Assembly (NCBI GenBank): GCA_039584685.1
Contig: JBDGXI010000011.1
Span: 1,950-65,949, forward strand
Origin: Gemmatimonadota bacterium
GTDB lineage: Bacteria; Gemmatimonadota; Gemmatimonadetes; Palauibacterales; Palauibacteraceae
DNA: 64,000 bases
Direction: 5' to 3'
The notes beneath the pieces were generated by a model. The model had not been told where the DNA came from. It saw only the letters and a program-made list of their open reading frames with translations, and made no database searches. This document shows positions 48,168-58,101 of this stretch, in pieces; the first letter of the stretch is position 1, and each line of letters opens with the position of its first letter. The position numbers and the translations under genes are program-made.

Positions 48168-48686
48168 TTACCTCTGCTCCAGTCTCAGCAGCACCGCATC
48201 ACGCTCGACGGCCTGGCCGGGCCGCACCTCTATCGACTCCACCCGCCCGGGGGCGGCCGCCCGCAGCTCATTCTCCATCTTCATCGCCTCCATGACCACG
48301 AGCCCGTCCCCCTCTTCCACCTCCTGGCCTTCAGCTACCTCGATTCGAACTATGAGTCCGGGCATCGGAGCCACCAGGTCCCGTCGGGTCTCCACCGGTG
48401 CGATATGGGAAGCGAGTTCCCGGATATGCCGCGTCCGCTCGTCCTCGACTCTGACCTCGAGAAGTCTTCCCTCCAGTTCGACCACCCAACTCGATTCCTG
48501 GCGCCGGGCAAACAGGGAGAGCGATCGGCCATCCAGGCGTAAGTGCTGGCGATCCGAACCGGGCAGAGTCGAAATGTCAGCCTCCAGCACCTCGCCGTCT
48601 ACGGTCAGGCCGGAATCGGCGATGACCACTTCCCGAGTGTCGTCGCCGATGTGCGCGTAGTAGCGAATCGCTCCGTCTGAGCTCAC
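48168..48686 (-). CDS. Biotin carboxyl carrier protein (biotinyl domain) of an acyl-CoA carboxylase
   Basis: C-terminal GDGLVVMEAMKMENELRAAAPGRVE has the biotin-attachment AMKM motif. GTG start at 48686 is preceded by GGAGGAAATC, 17 nt after the rlmD stop. Confidence 0.75.
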   Translation of the reverse strand: MSSDGAIRYYAHIGDDTREVVIADSGLTVDGEVLEADISTLPGSDRQHLRLDGRSLSLFARRQESSWVVELEGRLLEVRVEDERTRHIRELASHIAPVETRRDLVAPMPGLIVRIEVAEGQEVEEGDGLVVMEAMKMENELRAAAPGRVESIEVRPGQAVERDAVLLRLEQR

Positions 48687-48702
48687 GATTTCCTCCGATC
48701 CC

Positions 48703-50034
48703 TCAGCGTCGGTGCATCCACGCGATCGTCTCCACATGTGCAGTCTGCGGAAAGGCATCGAACGGCTGTACTTCCGCGAGATCCCAGGCAGCCTTCAATC
48801 TTCCCAGGTCCCGGGCCAATGTCGCCGGGTCGCAACTCACGTAAGCCAGGCGACCCGCGGATCCGGAGACCAATGCCTCGGCCACGCGACGAGACAGCCC
48901 CGCACGGGGCGGGTTCACGACGACCAGGTCGGCCGGCAGGAGGTCGTCGATTCGGCTTTCCACACGCGCGGCCTCCACGTCCAGGCGAGCACCCGACAGC
49001 GATGCCGCCCTCCTGCATGCCGCAACGGCGGCTCCGGAGACCTCGCACGCCGTGACCCGGGCCCCACGCGTCGCCCACCGAATGGCCCGCGCCCCGACTC
49101 CGGAATACAGATCCAGGACGCGCCGTCCGACCAGGTCTCCGATCCGCGGCTCCAGCCAGCGATCCATTTGGGCCGACACTTCGCGGTTCACCTGGAGGAA
49201 CACGCCAGCCGGGAGATCGAACTCGATGTCCTGCCAGCGATCCCTCAGTGTCCGCGAACCAGCGAGGCACCGGGGAGGGCCGACAGGCCGTGCCTGGTGG
49301 CAAGCGACCACCTCGGGCACTCGCTCGACCAGGGTGCGGCAAGTATCGGGATGCAGGGCCTCTCCACCGTGGAACAAGAGATCTACCTCCCCGTGGCTCG
49401 CCGCCCGAATCGTCAGCCGAGCGTTCGGATCGGAAGGCGGATCGCAGTGTCCCTGCTCCCACCCCTCCCGCAACGCGCACCACGTTGACCGGATCGGGGC
49501 TTCGGCGAGAAGGCACTCCTCTATGTCGGCTACGGCCCCAGGATCGTCGATCCTCCGGTAGCCCGCGAGAACTCGACCCGGCTTCATTTCGAAGGAAAAC
49601 GTGACCCGATTTCGATACGCGAACTCGCTCGGTGCGGCGATCAGATCGGGCACTGAAGTGGCGAGGCCGCCGATCCGACGGAGAGCCTCCTGAACCACAC
49701 CTCGTTTGACCTGCCTCTGTCCCGATGGCTCTAGGTGCTGGAGACGACAGCTGCCGCAATCATCGTAAGCCGGGCAGGGAGGCTCTCGCCGTCCCGTCCC
49801 GTGCGCGACGAACTCGCGGACGCGTCCTCTCGCCCAGCGAGGCTTGGCCTCGACGATCTCCACTCTGACCACATCCCCGGGCGCGGTGCGTGGAACGAAG
49901 ACGACCCGACCGGACTCTTCCCTGCCCACTCCATCACCACCGCCGGCTATTCGCTCCACCTCGATCACCGTGGTATCCCGCTCCACCGGCTCAGTCCAGG
50001 CTGCGGTGGGATCCATCCCCGCCACCCGACTCAT
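48703..50034 (-). CDS. rlmD: 23S rRNA (uracil-C5)-methyltransferase RlmD/RumA family (TRAM domain, Fe-S cluster and SAM-dependent methyltransferase)
   Basis: TRAM-like N-terminus (TTVIEVERIAGGGDGVGRE), CPAYDDCGSCRLQH (4Fe-4S Cys cluster) and methyltransferase motifs (VLDLYSGVGARAI ... VVVNPPRAG). ATG at 50034 overlaps the accC stop (ATGA). The upstream 166 aa in the ORF track are an artefact. Confidence 0.8.
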   Translation of the reverse strand: MSRVAGMDPTAAWTEPVERDTTVIEVERIAGGGDGVGREESGRVVFVPRTAPGDVVRVEIVEAKPRWARGRVREFVAHGTGRREPPCPAYDDCGSCRLQHLEPSGQRQVKRGVVQEALRRIGGLATSVPDLIAAPSEFAYRNRVTFSFEMKPGRVLAGYRRIDDPGAVADIEECLLAEAPIRSTWCALREGWEQGHCDPPSDPNARLTIRAASHGEVDLLFHGGEALHPDTCRTLVERVPEVVACHQARPVGPPRCLAGSRTLRDRWQDIEFDLPAGVFLQVNREVSAQMDRWLEPRIGDLVGRRVLDLYSGVGARAIRWATRGARVTACEVSGAAVAACRRAASLSGARLDVEAARVESRIDDLLPADLVVVNPPRAGLSRRVAEALVSGSAGRLAYVSCDPATLARDLGRLKAAWDLAEVQPFDAFPQTAHVETIAWMHRR

Positions 50035-51533
50035 TCGATCGACCTGAATTGGAGGCGCCACTCGCTGATCTCCGCACTCCGATCTCCCAGCCGGTGTCCC
50101 TGAACGAGAACGGGGCCCCCGTTCCGCGCCCGGTGCTCGAGCAGTGTCGCGGCGACCGCGGCGGCCCAGGCGTGCCAATCGTCCCCGGCCGCCTCCACCA
50201 ACTCGGGATGCCGATCCACGTATCGGACCGAGATGTTCCCGGCCCTGAAGTCCTCCTCGTCCAGCACGGCCAGATGAAACGGTTGTGTGGTGCGGATTCC
50301 CTCGATCTGGAGCTCCCGCAGAGCCCGTCGCATCCTCAGAATGGCTTGATCTCGGGTCGGGGCGTGGACGATCAGCTTGCCGAGCAGCGGATCGTAATGA
50401 AGACCGACCTCGGAGTGCTCGACGATTCCACCGTCCCAGCGCACCCCTGGCCCGCACGGCACCTCGAGCGTCCGGACCCGGCCGCTGGAAGGAAGAAAGC
50501 CATTGAACGGGTCTTCGCCACTGATCCGACACTCGAGGGAATGTCCGACCGGCCAGTCGGGACGCATTTCGACCGATAGGGGCAATCCCGCGGCCACGCG
50601 GATCTGCTCCCGAACCAGATCCACTCCCGTGACGAACTCGGTCACCGGGTGCTCGACCTGGATTCGCGTGTTCATCTCGAGGAAGTAGAACTCACCCCCC
50701 TGATACAGGAATTCGACGGTTCCAGCCCCGACGTACCCGACAGCTTCTGCCGCCGCGACGGCCACACCGCCCATGCGGCCGCGCAGCTCGCCGTCTACCG
50801 CCGGGGAGGGAGACTCCTCGATGAGCTTCTGGTGCCGCCGCTGTATCGAGCACTCCCGTTCACCGAGGTGGATCACCGTGCCGTGCGCATCCGCGAGCAC
50901 CTGGATCTCGATATGACGGGGGTCGGCAAGGTACTTCTCCAGGTAGACCCTGGAGTCACCGAACGCCTGACCCGCCTCCCGGCTCGCCGCCACGAGCGCT
51001 CGCGGAAGGTCGGCGGCCGACTCGATCACGCGCATTCCCTTTCCGCCCCCTCCCGCGGCCGCCTTGAGCAGAACCGGCCAGCCGATCCGATCCCCCTCAC
51101 GCTCACCCTGCTCCGCGTTCTGGATGGCCTCCGATCCGGGTATGACCGGGACTCCCGCCTCGATCATTCTCGCTCGAGCAGCCGTCTTGTCCCCCATCTC
51201 GGCGATCGCCTCGGGGGACGGCCCAACAAAGACGAGTCCCGCGTCGGCCACGCTCCGGGCAAACGAGGGGCTTTCGGCCATGAAACCGTAGCCGGGGTGT
51301 ATGGCCTGGGCGCCTGTTTCGCGGGCGGCGCGAATGATGACTTCTGACCGCAAGTAGCTCTCTGAGGCGGGCGCTGGTCCTATCGCTACGGCTTCGCCGG
51401 CGATGAGGACGTGTGGAGACAGCCGATCCGCGTCCGAATACACGGCGACCGTGCGAACTCCCATTTCCTGACACGCCCGAATCACCCGGACGGCGATCTC
51501 GCCCCGATTGGCTACGAGGATCTTATCGAACAC
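50031..51533 (-). CDS. accC: Biotin carboxylase subunit of acetyl/propionyl-CoA carboxylase
   Basis: MFDKILVANRGEIAVRVIRAC ... ATP-grasp ... biotin carboxylase C-terminal domain. 500 aa. Confidence 0.9.
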   Translation of the reverse strand: MFDKILVANRGEIAVRVIRACQEMGVRTVAVYSDADRLSPHVLIAGEAVAIGPAPASESYLRSEVIIRAARETGAQAIHPGYGFMAESPSFARSVADAGLVFVGPSPEAIAEMGDKTAARARMIEAGVPVIPGSEAIQNAEQGEREGDRIGWPVLLKAAAGGGGKGMRVIESAADLPRALVAASREAGQAFGDSRVYLEKYLADPRHIEIQVLADAHGTVIHLGERECSIQRRHQKLIEESPSPAVDGELRGRMGGVAVAAAEAVGYVGAGTVEFLYQGGEFYFLEMNTRIQVEHPVTEFVTGVDLVREQIRVAAGLPLSVEMRPDWPVGHSLECRISGEDPFNGFLPSSGRVRTLEVPCGPGVRWDGGIVEHSEVGLHYDPLLGKLIVHAPTRDQAILRMRRALRELQIEGIRTTQPFHLAVLDEEDFRAGNISVRYVDRHPELVEAAGDDWHAWAAAVAATLLEHRARNGGPVLVQGHRLGDRSAEISEWRLQFRSIE

Positions 51534-51542
51534 GACGGGACC

Positions 51543-53093
51543 TCACAGGGGAATATTGCCATGCTTCCGCGGCGGATTCCGCTGTCGCTTGTTGCGAAGT
51601 AGCTCCAGCCCCGAAACGAGTCGTGCCCGGGTCTCGCGCGGGTCGATGACGTCATCCAGAAAGCCGCGTTTCGCAGCCAGGTACGGGTGCGCGAACCGCT
51701 CCCGGAACTCACTCTCCAATTCCGAGATGCGGGCTTCACGGTCGGCGGCGTCGGCCAGCTCCCGCCGATACAATATTTCCACCGCGCCCTTCGGCCCCAT
51801 CACTGCCAGCTCGGCCGTCGGCCACGCGAAGTTCAGATCGCCCCGGATGTGCTTGGAGGACATCACGTCGTAGGCCCCACCATAGGCCTTCCGCGTAATC
51901 ACCGTGAGCTTCGGCACGGTGCTCTCGCAGTATGCATACAGCAGTTTGGCCCCGTGCTGGATGATGCCCCCGTGTTCCTGCGCCACGCCCGGCAGAAAGC
52001 CAGGCACGTCCTCGAAAGTGACGAGAGGCAGATTGAAAGCATCGCAGAACCGAACGAACCGAGCCCCCTTGCGGCTGGCGTCGATGTCCAGCACGCCTGC
52101 GAGCACCGCCGGCTGGTTCGCCAGGATTCCGACCGGGAAGCCCCCCAGGCGAGCGAACCCTACGATCAGATTGCGGGCGAAGCCGGAGTGAACTTCCAGG
52201 AAGTCTCCCTCGTCCACGATCCGACCGATCACATCGTGCATATCGTAGGGCTGCGCAGGAAGATCGGGAATCACATCCAGCAGGTCTTCGTCAGCCCTCC
52301 CCGGAGGATCCTCGGAGATGCACACGGGAGGATCTTCCGAGTTGTTGGACGGTAGGAATCCGAGCAGGCGCCTTACGGCCTGGAGGCTCTCGATCTCAGT
52401 CGGGTGCGAAAAATGGGCTACACCGGAGCGAGTGCTGTGCACTCCGGCACCGCCCAGTTCCTCGAAAGTCACGTCCTCGTGCGTCACCGTCTTCACCACG
52501 TTTGGACCCGTGACGAACATGTGACTGATCCCCTGGACCATGAACACGAAGTCCGTGATCGCGGGCGAGTACACCGCGCCTCCGGCGCACGGACCCAGGA
52601 TTACGCTGATCTGCGGTACGACCCCCGAGGCCAACGTGTTGCGCAGAAAGAGCTCCGCGTAGCCGCCGAGGGACGCCACCCCCTCCTGGATCCGGGCACC
52701 CCCGGAATCGTTGAGGCCTACGACCGGAGCACCGTTCTGCATGGCCAGATCGACGACCTTGCAGATCTTCTCGGCATGTGTCTCCGAGAGCGATCCTCCA
52801 AACACCGTGAAGTCCTGGCTGAACACGTACACCGTTCGCCCATCGATGCGTCCGTACCCCGTGACGACGCCATCGCCTGGAATTCGTTGCTCGGCGAGGC
52901 CGAAGTCTACGCTGCGGTGTTCCACGAACCGGTCCAGCTCGACGAAGGACCCGTCGTCGAGCAGTACGTCGAGCCGTTCCCTTGCCCCGAGCTTCCCCCG
53001 TTCGTGCTGTCGCGCCAGTCGTTCCGGTCCCCCACCCTCCAGAGTCCGGCTGCGCAGCTCCTCGAGCTCCCGCAATTTGTCACGTGCGCTCAC
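51543..53093 (-). CDS. pccB: Propionyl-CoA carboxylase beta chain / methylmalonyl-CoA carboxyltransferase
   Basis: 516-aa carboxyltransferase with both N- and C-CoA-binding halves (GGARIQEG ... [15 protein letters not shown]). Confidence 0.85.
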   Translation of the reverse strand: MSARDKLRELEELRSRTLEGGGPERLARQHERGKLGARERLDVLLDDGSFVELDRFVEHRSVDFGLAEQRIPGDGVVTGYGRIDGRTVYVFSQDFTVFGGSLSETHAEKICKVVDLAMQNGAPVVGLNDSGGARIQEGVASLGGYAELFLRNTLASGVVPQISVILGPCAGGAVYSPAITDFVFMVQGISHMFVTGPNVVKTVTHEDVTFEELGGAGVHSTRSGVAHFSHPTEIESLQAVRRLLGFLPSNNSEDPPVCISEDPPGRADEDLLDVIPDLPAQPYDMHDVIGRIVDEGDFLEVHSGFARNLIVGFARLGGFPVGILANQPAVLAGVLDIDASRKGARFVRFCDAFNLPLVTFEDVPGFLPGVAQEHGGIIQHGAKLLYAYCESTVPKLTVITRKAYGGAYDVMSSKHIRGDLNFAWPTAELAVMGPKGAVEILYRRELADAADREARISELESEFRERFAHPYLAAKRGFLDDVIDPRETRARLVSGLELLRNKRQRNPPRKHGNIPL

Positions 53094-54817
53094 TGCCTGG
53101 CCTCACCTTTCTCTTCTTCCTCTTCCAGCTCCTTGAGGAATTCCTCGAGCTCCCGCTGTTCCTCGGCCCACTGGAGCATCTCTCCCGCGTCCGGGACCCG
53201 CAGCTCACCGTCCTCAATGAGACGCACGAATACTTCGCGCCGGAGTGCCCCAGTCCGGAGGTCCACACTCAGGTCTCCCGTGGCCCCGAAGTGCACTTCG
53301 CGCCGCACGGCTCGTCCAATGGAACCCCGACGGTGCGGCTCTGCCTCCGGGATGCCCACCAGAATCAGGTTCATCGCGTCAAAGCCCAGGGCAGCAAAAA
53401 GGTTATCGGGCAGAGACTTACGGTATGTTGCCTCGTACGCCGCCTTAAATTCCTGCCACGCGGTGCCCGGGCTCATCTGGTCCAGGTACGTCCCGACGAG
53501 TCGGTGGTCTGAGTAGCTCGCCTCGAGCCGCCGGAGCACGGCGGGATCCGACCAGTTCGCGTCTCCCGCCGTCACCCACCGACGCAGGCCGTAGTACACC
53601 AGCTGGGGGGCTATCTGGAGCACCGTCCTCGGTCCATCGGAGAACACGATGACGGCCTCGGGTTCCGCGGCCGCCAGAGCGGTGATCTGCACAGCGAACG
53701 TCGTGGAGTCCGGGACGTACGCCTCTGATGCGAGGACCCTCCCGCCCCAGGCCTCAGCTTCCATCCGAAGTGCCTGCAACGACCCGGGTGACCAGCCAAT
53801 CGGGTAGAGCACGCCAAAGTTGCGGAGGCTCAGATACTCGGCCATCCAGGATACGATGGCTGTCGCGACGTCCGCTTCGCGGCGGTCCTTGTCCCACAGA
53901 CTGTAGGCGTCAGGTTCCAGCCCCTGCCCGCCTGTCGCCGTCGGGCTGATCAGGAACAGGTCGTCCCGGTCGCGACGGATGGCCGCCGACACCAAAGCTT
54001 CGCTACGGATAGGCCCGAGCACCGCCACCACGTCTCTCTTCTCCAAAGCCTCGACGTGCTCGATCCCGGTGTCCACGCGAGAGCTGTCATCCAAAATGAT
54101 CAGCTCGACCGCCGCTCGGTTGGGATCCGTCTCGTATCGCTCCAGGGCTAGCATGGCACCCTCGAGGGCCTGCTCTCCTACCGTCGCGAAGCGGCCCGTC
54201 GCCGGAAGAACCAGCCCTATCCGAACAGGCTCGCCAGCGCGTTCGACCCGACCCTCGAGCACGTCTTCCGCCTTGTCTCGCTCCGCTCCGTCGGGCGCCC
54301 CCGCCAATACCTGCTCCGCCAGCATTCGAGCGCTATCAGGATGGTCTGCGATGGCCAACGCCCGCGCCAATTCCGCGCTGACGATCGATCTCGCCTCTTC
54401 TCGGGCGTCCGGGCTGTCCAGGAGTTCGCTGAGCTCACGGATCGAGAGCTGCTCCGCGAGATGACGCAACGTCTTCCGGTCTCCACCATCGAGTTCGAAC
54501 GGTGCACGCACCAGAACCTGCGCCGCCCTGTCTTCCGCTCCCACCGAATCCAGCAGCTCCGTCAGGTCCTCGGCGCTTCCAGGATCGAGCTCCTCGATTC
54601 CGAGCCAGGCGCTCCACAGCGAATCGGCGATGGCCGCTGCAACTCCCCGGTCACCGTCGTCCAGTGCGGCCCGGGCATCTTCCAGCGGAGCAGCGTCCAG
54701 AGTTCGCTCCCGCGTAACCTCCGGCTCACCCGGCTCCGGTTCGGGTGGCGCAAGCGCGCTCTGCCCGCTGGCACAACCAGCCGCCATAGCCGCCATTATG
54801 AAGAACCACCTGCGCAT
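53090..54817 (-). CDS. Lipoprotein with a C-terminal type-I periplasmic-binding-protein fold (LpoA/LppC-like)
   Basis: [19 protein letters not shown] (lipobox AAGC), a helical acidic N-domain, then an Leu/Ile/Val-binding-like domain ([19 protein letters not shown]...). The ORF-track upstream 59 aa are an artefact. Confidence 0.5.
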   Translation of the reverse strand: MRRWFFIMAAMAAGCASGQSALAPPEPEPGEPEVTRERTLDAAPLEDARAALDDGDRGVAAAIADSLWSAWLGIEELDPGSAEDLTELLDSVGAEDRAAQVLVRAPFELDGGDRKTLRHLAEQLSIRELSELLDSPDAREEARSIVSAELARALAIADHPDSARMLAEQVLAGAPDGAERDKAEDVLEGRVERAGEPVRIGLVLPATGRFATVGEQALEGAMLALERYETDPNRAAVELIILDDSSRVDTGIEHVEALEKRDVVAVLGPIRSEALVSAAIRRDRDDLFLISPTATGGQGLEPDAYSLWDKDRREADVATAIVSWMAEYLSLRNFGVLYPIGWSPGSLQALRMEAEAWGGRVLASEAYVPDSTTFAVQITALAAAEPEAVIVFSDGPRTVLQIAPQLVYYGLRRWVTAGDANWSDPAVLRRLEASYSDHRLVGTYLDQMSPGTAWQEFKAAYEATYRKSLPDNLFAALGFDAMNLILVGIPEAEPHRRGSIGRAVRREVHFGATGDLSVDLRTGALRREVFVRLIEDGELRVPDAGEMLQWAEEQRELEEFLKELEEEEEKGEARQ

Positions 54818-54908
54818 CCCACCTCCAGTAGATACAACGCAGGGGGCCCGACGCCACTCGCCGGGCCCCCTGCGAGGCAATTGTGCTCTCACGGCTGAGA
54901 GTCGCCGG

Positions 54909-57248
54909 TCAGGACGCCTTGTCCTCGTCGTCTTCGGCAAGCTCCACGGCGCCAGAATCCTCGTCGGGCGATTTCTCGGACTCCGCGCCCGCATCCTGGA
55001 CTTCCGGCTCGACCTCGGCTTCTACCGTCACTTCCTCGACGACCTCCTCCACCACGTCCTCGGCTTCTGCCGCTGCTTCCTCGACGACCTCCTCCACCTC
55101 GGCCTCTGCTTCTACCGCTGCTTCCTCGACGACCTCCTCCACCTCGGTCTCGGCTTCTACCGCTGGACCCTCGACAGCTTCCTCGACTTCCGCTTCAACG
55201 TCGTCTTCAGAAACAACTTCCTCAGAGGCTGCAGTCTCTTCATCAACCTGATCACTGACGGGCTCCGCCGCCTTCGCCGCCGCTCGCTCCTCCACCCCTG
55301 GCGCAGCCGTCACGGACAATACGATCCGCCGGTTAATGGGATCGGACTCGAGCACCTTGAGCTCCAGACGGTCTCCCTCCACGAAAAGGTCTGCCGGCTC
55401 TCCGAGCTCTTCCTCCACTCCGAGCTGTGAGATCGGGACAAACCCCTCGACATCGTCACCGAGATCTACTACCAGGCCCTTGTCGAGAAGGCGGACGACA
55501 TGTCCTTCAGTGTCGGTCCCAGGCTCGAATCGCTGGGCGAGCTCGTACCACGGATCATCATCGACCTGCTTGAGGCCCAGTGAAATCCGTTTCTGATCCG
55601 GGTCGATACTGAGGATTACGACTTCTACTTCCTCACCCTTTCGCACGACTTCCGACGGATGCTGCACCCGCCGGGTCCAGCTCATGTCCGAGATGTGCAC
55701 CAGACCGTCGATACCAAGCTCGACCTCGACGAATGCACCAAAGGAAGTGAGGTTCCGGACCACCCCCTTGATCTTCGATCCCGGCGGATACTTGGCTGGA
55801 AGGGCGAGCCACGGGTCCTCCTCCGTCTGCTTCATACCGAGCGAGATCTTCTTCTCCTCTTCATCGACACGAAGCACGACGCACTCGATCTCATCGTTGA
55901 TCGAGGCGAGCTGCGACGGGTGCCGAACGTTACGCGTCCAGCTCATCTCGGAGATGTGCACGAGACCCTCTACGCCCTTCTCCAACTCGACGAAGGAGCC
56001 GTAGTTGGTGATCGAAACCACGCGGCCACGAACCCGGCTGCCCACCGGGTACTTGGCAGCAACATCCTCCCAGGGATAGGCCTGCAGCTGCTTGAGACCG
56101 AGCGAGATGCGCTCGCGGTCCCAATCGATGTCGAGGATCTTGACCTCCAGATCGTCCCCGATCTGGCACAGCTCGGACGGATGGCCGATGCGCCCCCACG
56201 ACATGTCCGTGATGTGCAGGAGACCGTCCATGCCGCCAAGGTCGATGAACGCTCCGAAGTCCGTGATGTTCTTTACGACCCCCGTCCTGACCTGGCCCAC
56301 CTGGAGCTCCGTCTTCAGGGACTCGCGCTTCGTCGCCCGCTCTTCTTCCAGGATCACCCTTCGGCTCACGACGATATTGCGGCGTCGCTTGTTGAGCTTG
56401 AGGATCTTGAAGTCATACTCCTGGCCGATCAGCTCGTCCACGTTCGGGACTCTGCGCAGAGCGATCTGTGATCCGGGCAGGAACGCGTCGACCCCCATCA
56501 GGTCCACCGTGACGCCACCCTTGATCTTGCGCTTCAGAATACCGGGGACTGTGCGATCGTTGTCGTAGGCCTCCTTGATCTTCTCCCAGACGCGAAGGAA
56601 GTCGGCCTTCTTCTTCGAGAGGACCACGACGCCTTCCTGGTCTTCCAGGCTTTCCAGGAAGACCTCGACCTCATCGCCCGCCTCGATTGCCTCTGGATCC
56701 CGGAACTCCTCCAGTGGGATCAAGCCCTCCGACTTGAATCCGACGTCCAGGATCACCGCCGACTCCGTCTTGCGCAGGACGGTCGCCTTTACGATCTCGC
56801 CCTCCGCGATCTCGCTCAGCGTATCCTCGTACAGCGCCATCATCTCGTCGAATTCTTCGGACGAGTACTCGCCGCCCTCCAGCATGTCGACCGACATTCC
56901 TTCGGCCATGCCGTAGGCCAATGTCGTCCAGCCCTCCTCCGGGTCGCTCGACTCGTCGTCCATGGAAGGTCGGATCGCGGGGCTCTCCTCCTCGACGGCT
57001 GCGGGCTCGCCCGAGGTTGTGCCTTCCGAAGCTTCGGCACCTGCCTCGACTGCCGCCTCTTCCTCTGCAGCGGGAGGCTCTGCCTCGACGTCGATGGCGA
57101 CTTCCGGCTCCTCGGGGATCATCGCGGATTCGTCGGCCGCGGGCTCCTCGATCGGCTGGCCCTCAAGGTGCGGATCGGTCGGGAGAGTGTCGGCCAGTTC
57201 TTCAGCCGGGCTTTCGCTGGCGGTGGTCTGCTCGTCCTTCGTACTCAT
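54909..57248 (-). CDS. rpsA: 30S ribosomal protein S1 with long acidic N- and C-terminal extensions
   Basis: Four to six S1 domains (e.g. GEIVKATVLRKTESAVILDVGFKSEG ... GQVRTGVVKNITDFGAFIDLGG ...) flanked by Glu/Asp/Ala/Val-rich tails. 779 aa. Confidence 0.85.
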   Translation of the reverse strand: MSTKDEQTTASESPAEELADTLPTDPHLEGQPIEEPAADESAMIPEEPEVAIDVEAEPPAAEEEAAVEAGAEASEGTTSGEPAAVEEESPAIRPSMDDESSDPEEGWTTLAYGMAEGMSVDMLEGGEYSSEEFDEMMALYEDTLSEIAEGEIVKATVLRKTESAVILDVGFKSEGLIPLEEFRDPEAIEAGDEVEVFLESLEDQEGVVVLSKKKADFLRVWEKIKEAYDNDRTVPGILKRKIKGGVTVDLMGVDAFLPGSQIALRRVPNVDELIGQEYDFKILKLNKRRRNIVVSRRVILEEERATKRESLKTELQVGQVRTGVVKNITDFGAFIDLGGMDGLLHITDMSWGRIGHPSELCQIGDDLEVKILDIDWDRERISLGLKQLQAYPWEDVAAKYPVGSRVRGRVVSITNYGSFVELEKGVEGLVHISEMSWTRNVRHPSQLASINDEIECVVLRVDEEEKKISLGMKQTEEDPWLALPAKYPPGSKIKGVVRNLTSFGAFVEVELGIDGLVHISDMSWTRRVQHPSEVVRKGEEVEVVILSIDPDQKRISLGLKQVDDDPWYELAQRFEPGTDTEGHVVRLLDKGLVVDLGDDVEGFVPISQLGVEEELGEPADLFVEGDRLELKVLESDPINRRIVLSVTAAPGVEERAAAKAAEPVSDQVDEETAASEEVVSEDDVEAEVEEAVEGPAVEAETEVEEVVEEAAVEAEAEVEEVVEEAAAEAEDVVEEVVEEVTVEAEVEPEVQDAGAESEKSPDEDSGAVELAEDDEDKAS
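55031..55165. repeat. Three tandem copies of a 45-nt repeat inside the 3' end of rpsA
   Basis: The unit cttcctcgacgacctcctccacc(a/t)cg(t/g)(c/t)ctc(g/t)gcttct(g/a)ccgctg occurs at 55031, 55076 and 55121. It encodes 15-aa acidic units (EVEEVVEEAAVEAEA and variants). Confidence 0.6.
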
Positions 57249-57423
57249 TCGGTGTGTACCGTTCGGGTTTGGCGTCCGCCCCGGATCTCAAAAACACGCA
57301 GGCAGGAAAGCGAGACCGCTCATCCTGCCATTCGATCCGTCGATGGGCGCGCTCAGGGGTTGAAGTCATGTTTGTCGATAGACGGACAATAGCAGAGAAT
57401 ACTAGATCCGGCGTGGGATTGAG

Positions 57424-58101
57424 TCAACCAACGGCCGACTCCCGATCGCGGGCCAACGATACGATGCGACCAACGACGTCCGTGGCGCTCATCTCCGTGG
57501 TGTCCAGCTCGATCGCATCCGCGGCGCGACGCAGTGGAGCGACTGCACGACTCGAATCCAGCTTATCTCTCGCCGAAAGCCTGGCGGCCTCTTCGCGTAC
57601 GGCCTCTTCCGTGGGCTCTCGACCGCGCTCGAGAAGTCGCCGCCGCCCCCGCTCCTCAGCCGACGCGACCAGAAACACCTTCAACTCCGCATCGGGGAAC
57701 ACCACGGTGCCGATGTCCCGTCCGTCGCACACGACGCCGCCGTGACCGCCGGCCGCCTTGATGAGGCTCAACACTCTATCTCGAACCGCCTGTCGCGCGG
57801 ATATCTCCGAAACCCGGGCCGAGGTTCCAGGGGACACCAGGTTGAGGCCCGGATCCACTCGATCCACCAGGACCCTGTATCCAGAGCCCGCTCTCTCGAG
57901 CTCGATCCAGAGTCCCGCCAATCGCTGGTTGAAACCCACTTCGTCGGAAGGCCAGCCCTCCTCCAGCGCCGCCCATGTAATCGCCCGGTATACGAGGCCG
58001 GAATTGAGATGACAGTACCCCAGAGCCCTTGCCACCCGGGCAGCCGTAGTGCTCTTGCCCGACGCAGCCGGCCCGTCGATCGCGATCGTGATTCCGCTCA
58101 C
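57424..58101 (-). CDS. cmk: Cytidylate kinase
   Basis: ITIAIDGPAASGKSTTA (P-loop) ... typical Cmk. GTG start at 58101 overlaps the aroA TGA (GTGA). The ORF-track extension overlaps aroA. Confidence 0.8.
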   Translation of the reverse strand: MSGITIAIDGPAASGKSTTAARVARALGYCHLNSGLVYRAITWAALEEGWPSDEVGFNQRLAGLWIELERAGSGYRVLVDRVDPGLNLVSPGTSARVSEISARQAVRDRVLSLIKAAGGHGGVVCDGRDIGTVVFPDAELKVFLVASAEERGRRRLLERGREPTEEAVREEAARLSARDKLDSSRAVAPLRRAADAIELDTTEMSATDVVGRIVSLARDRESAVG

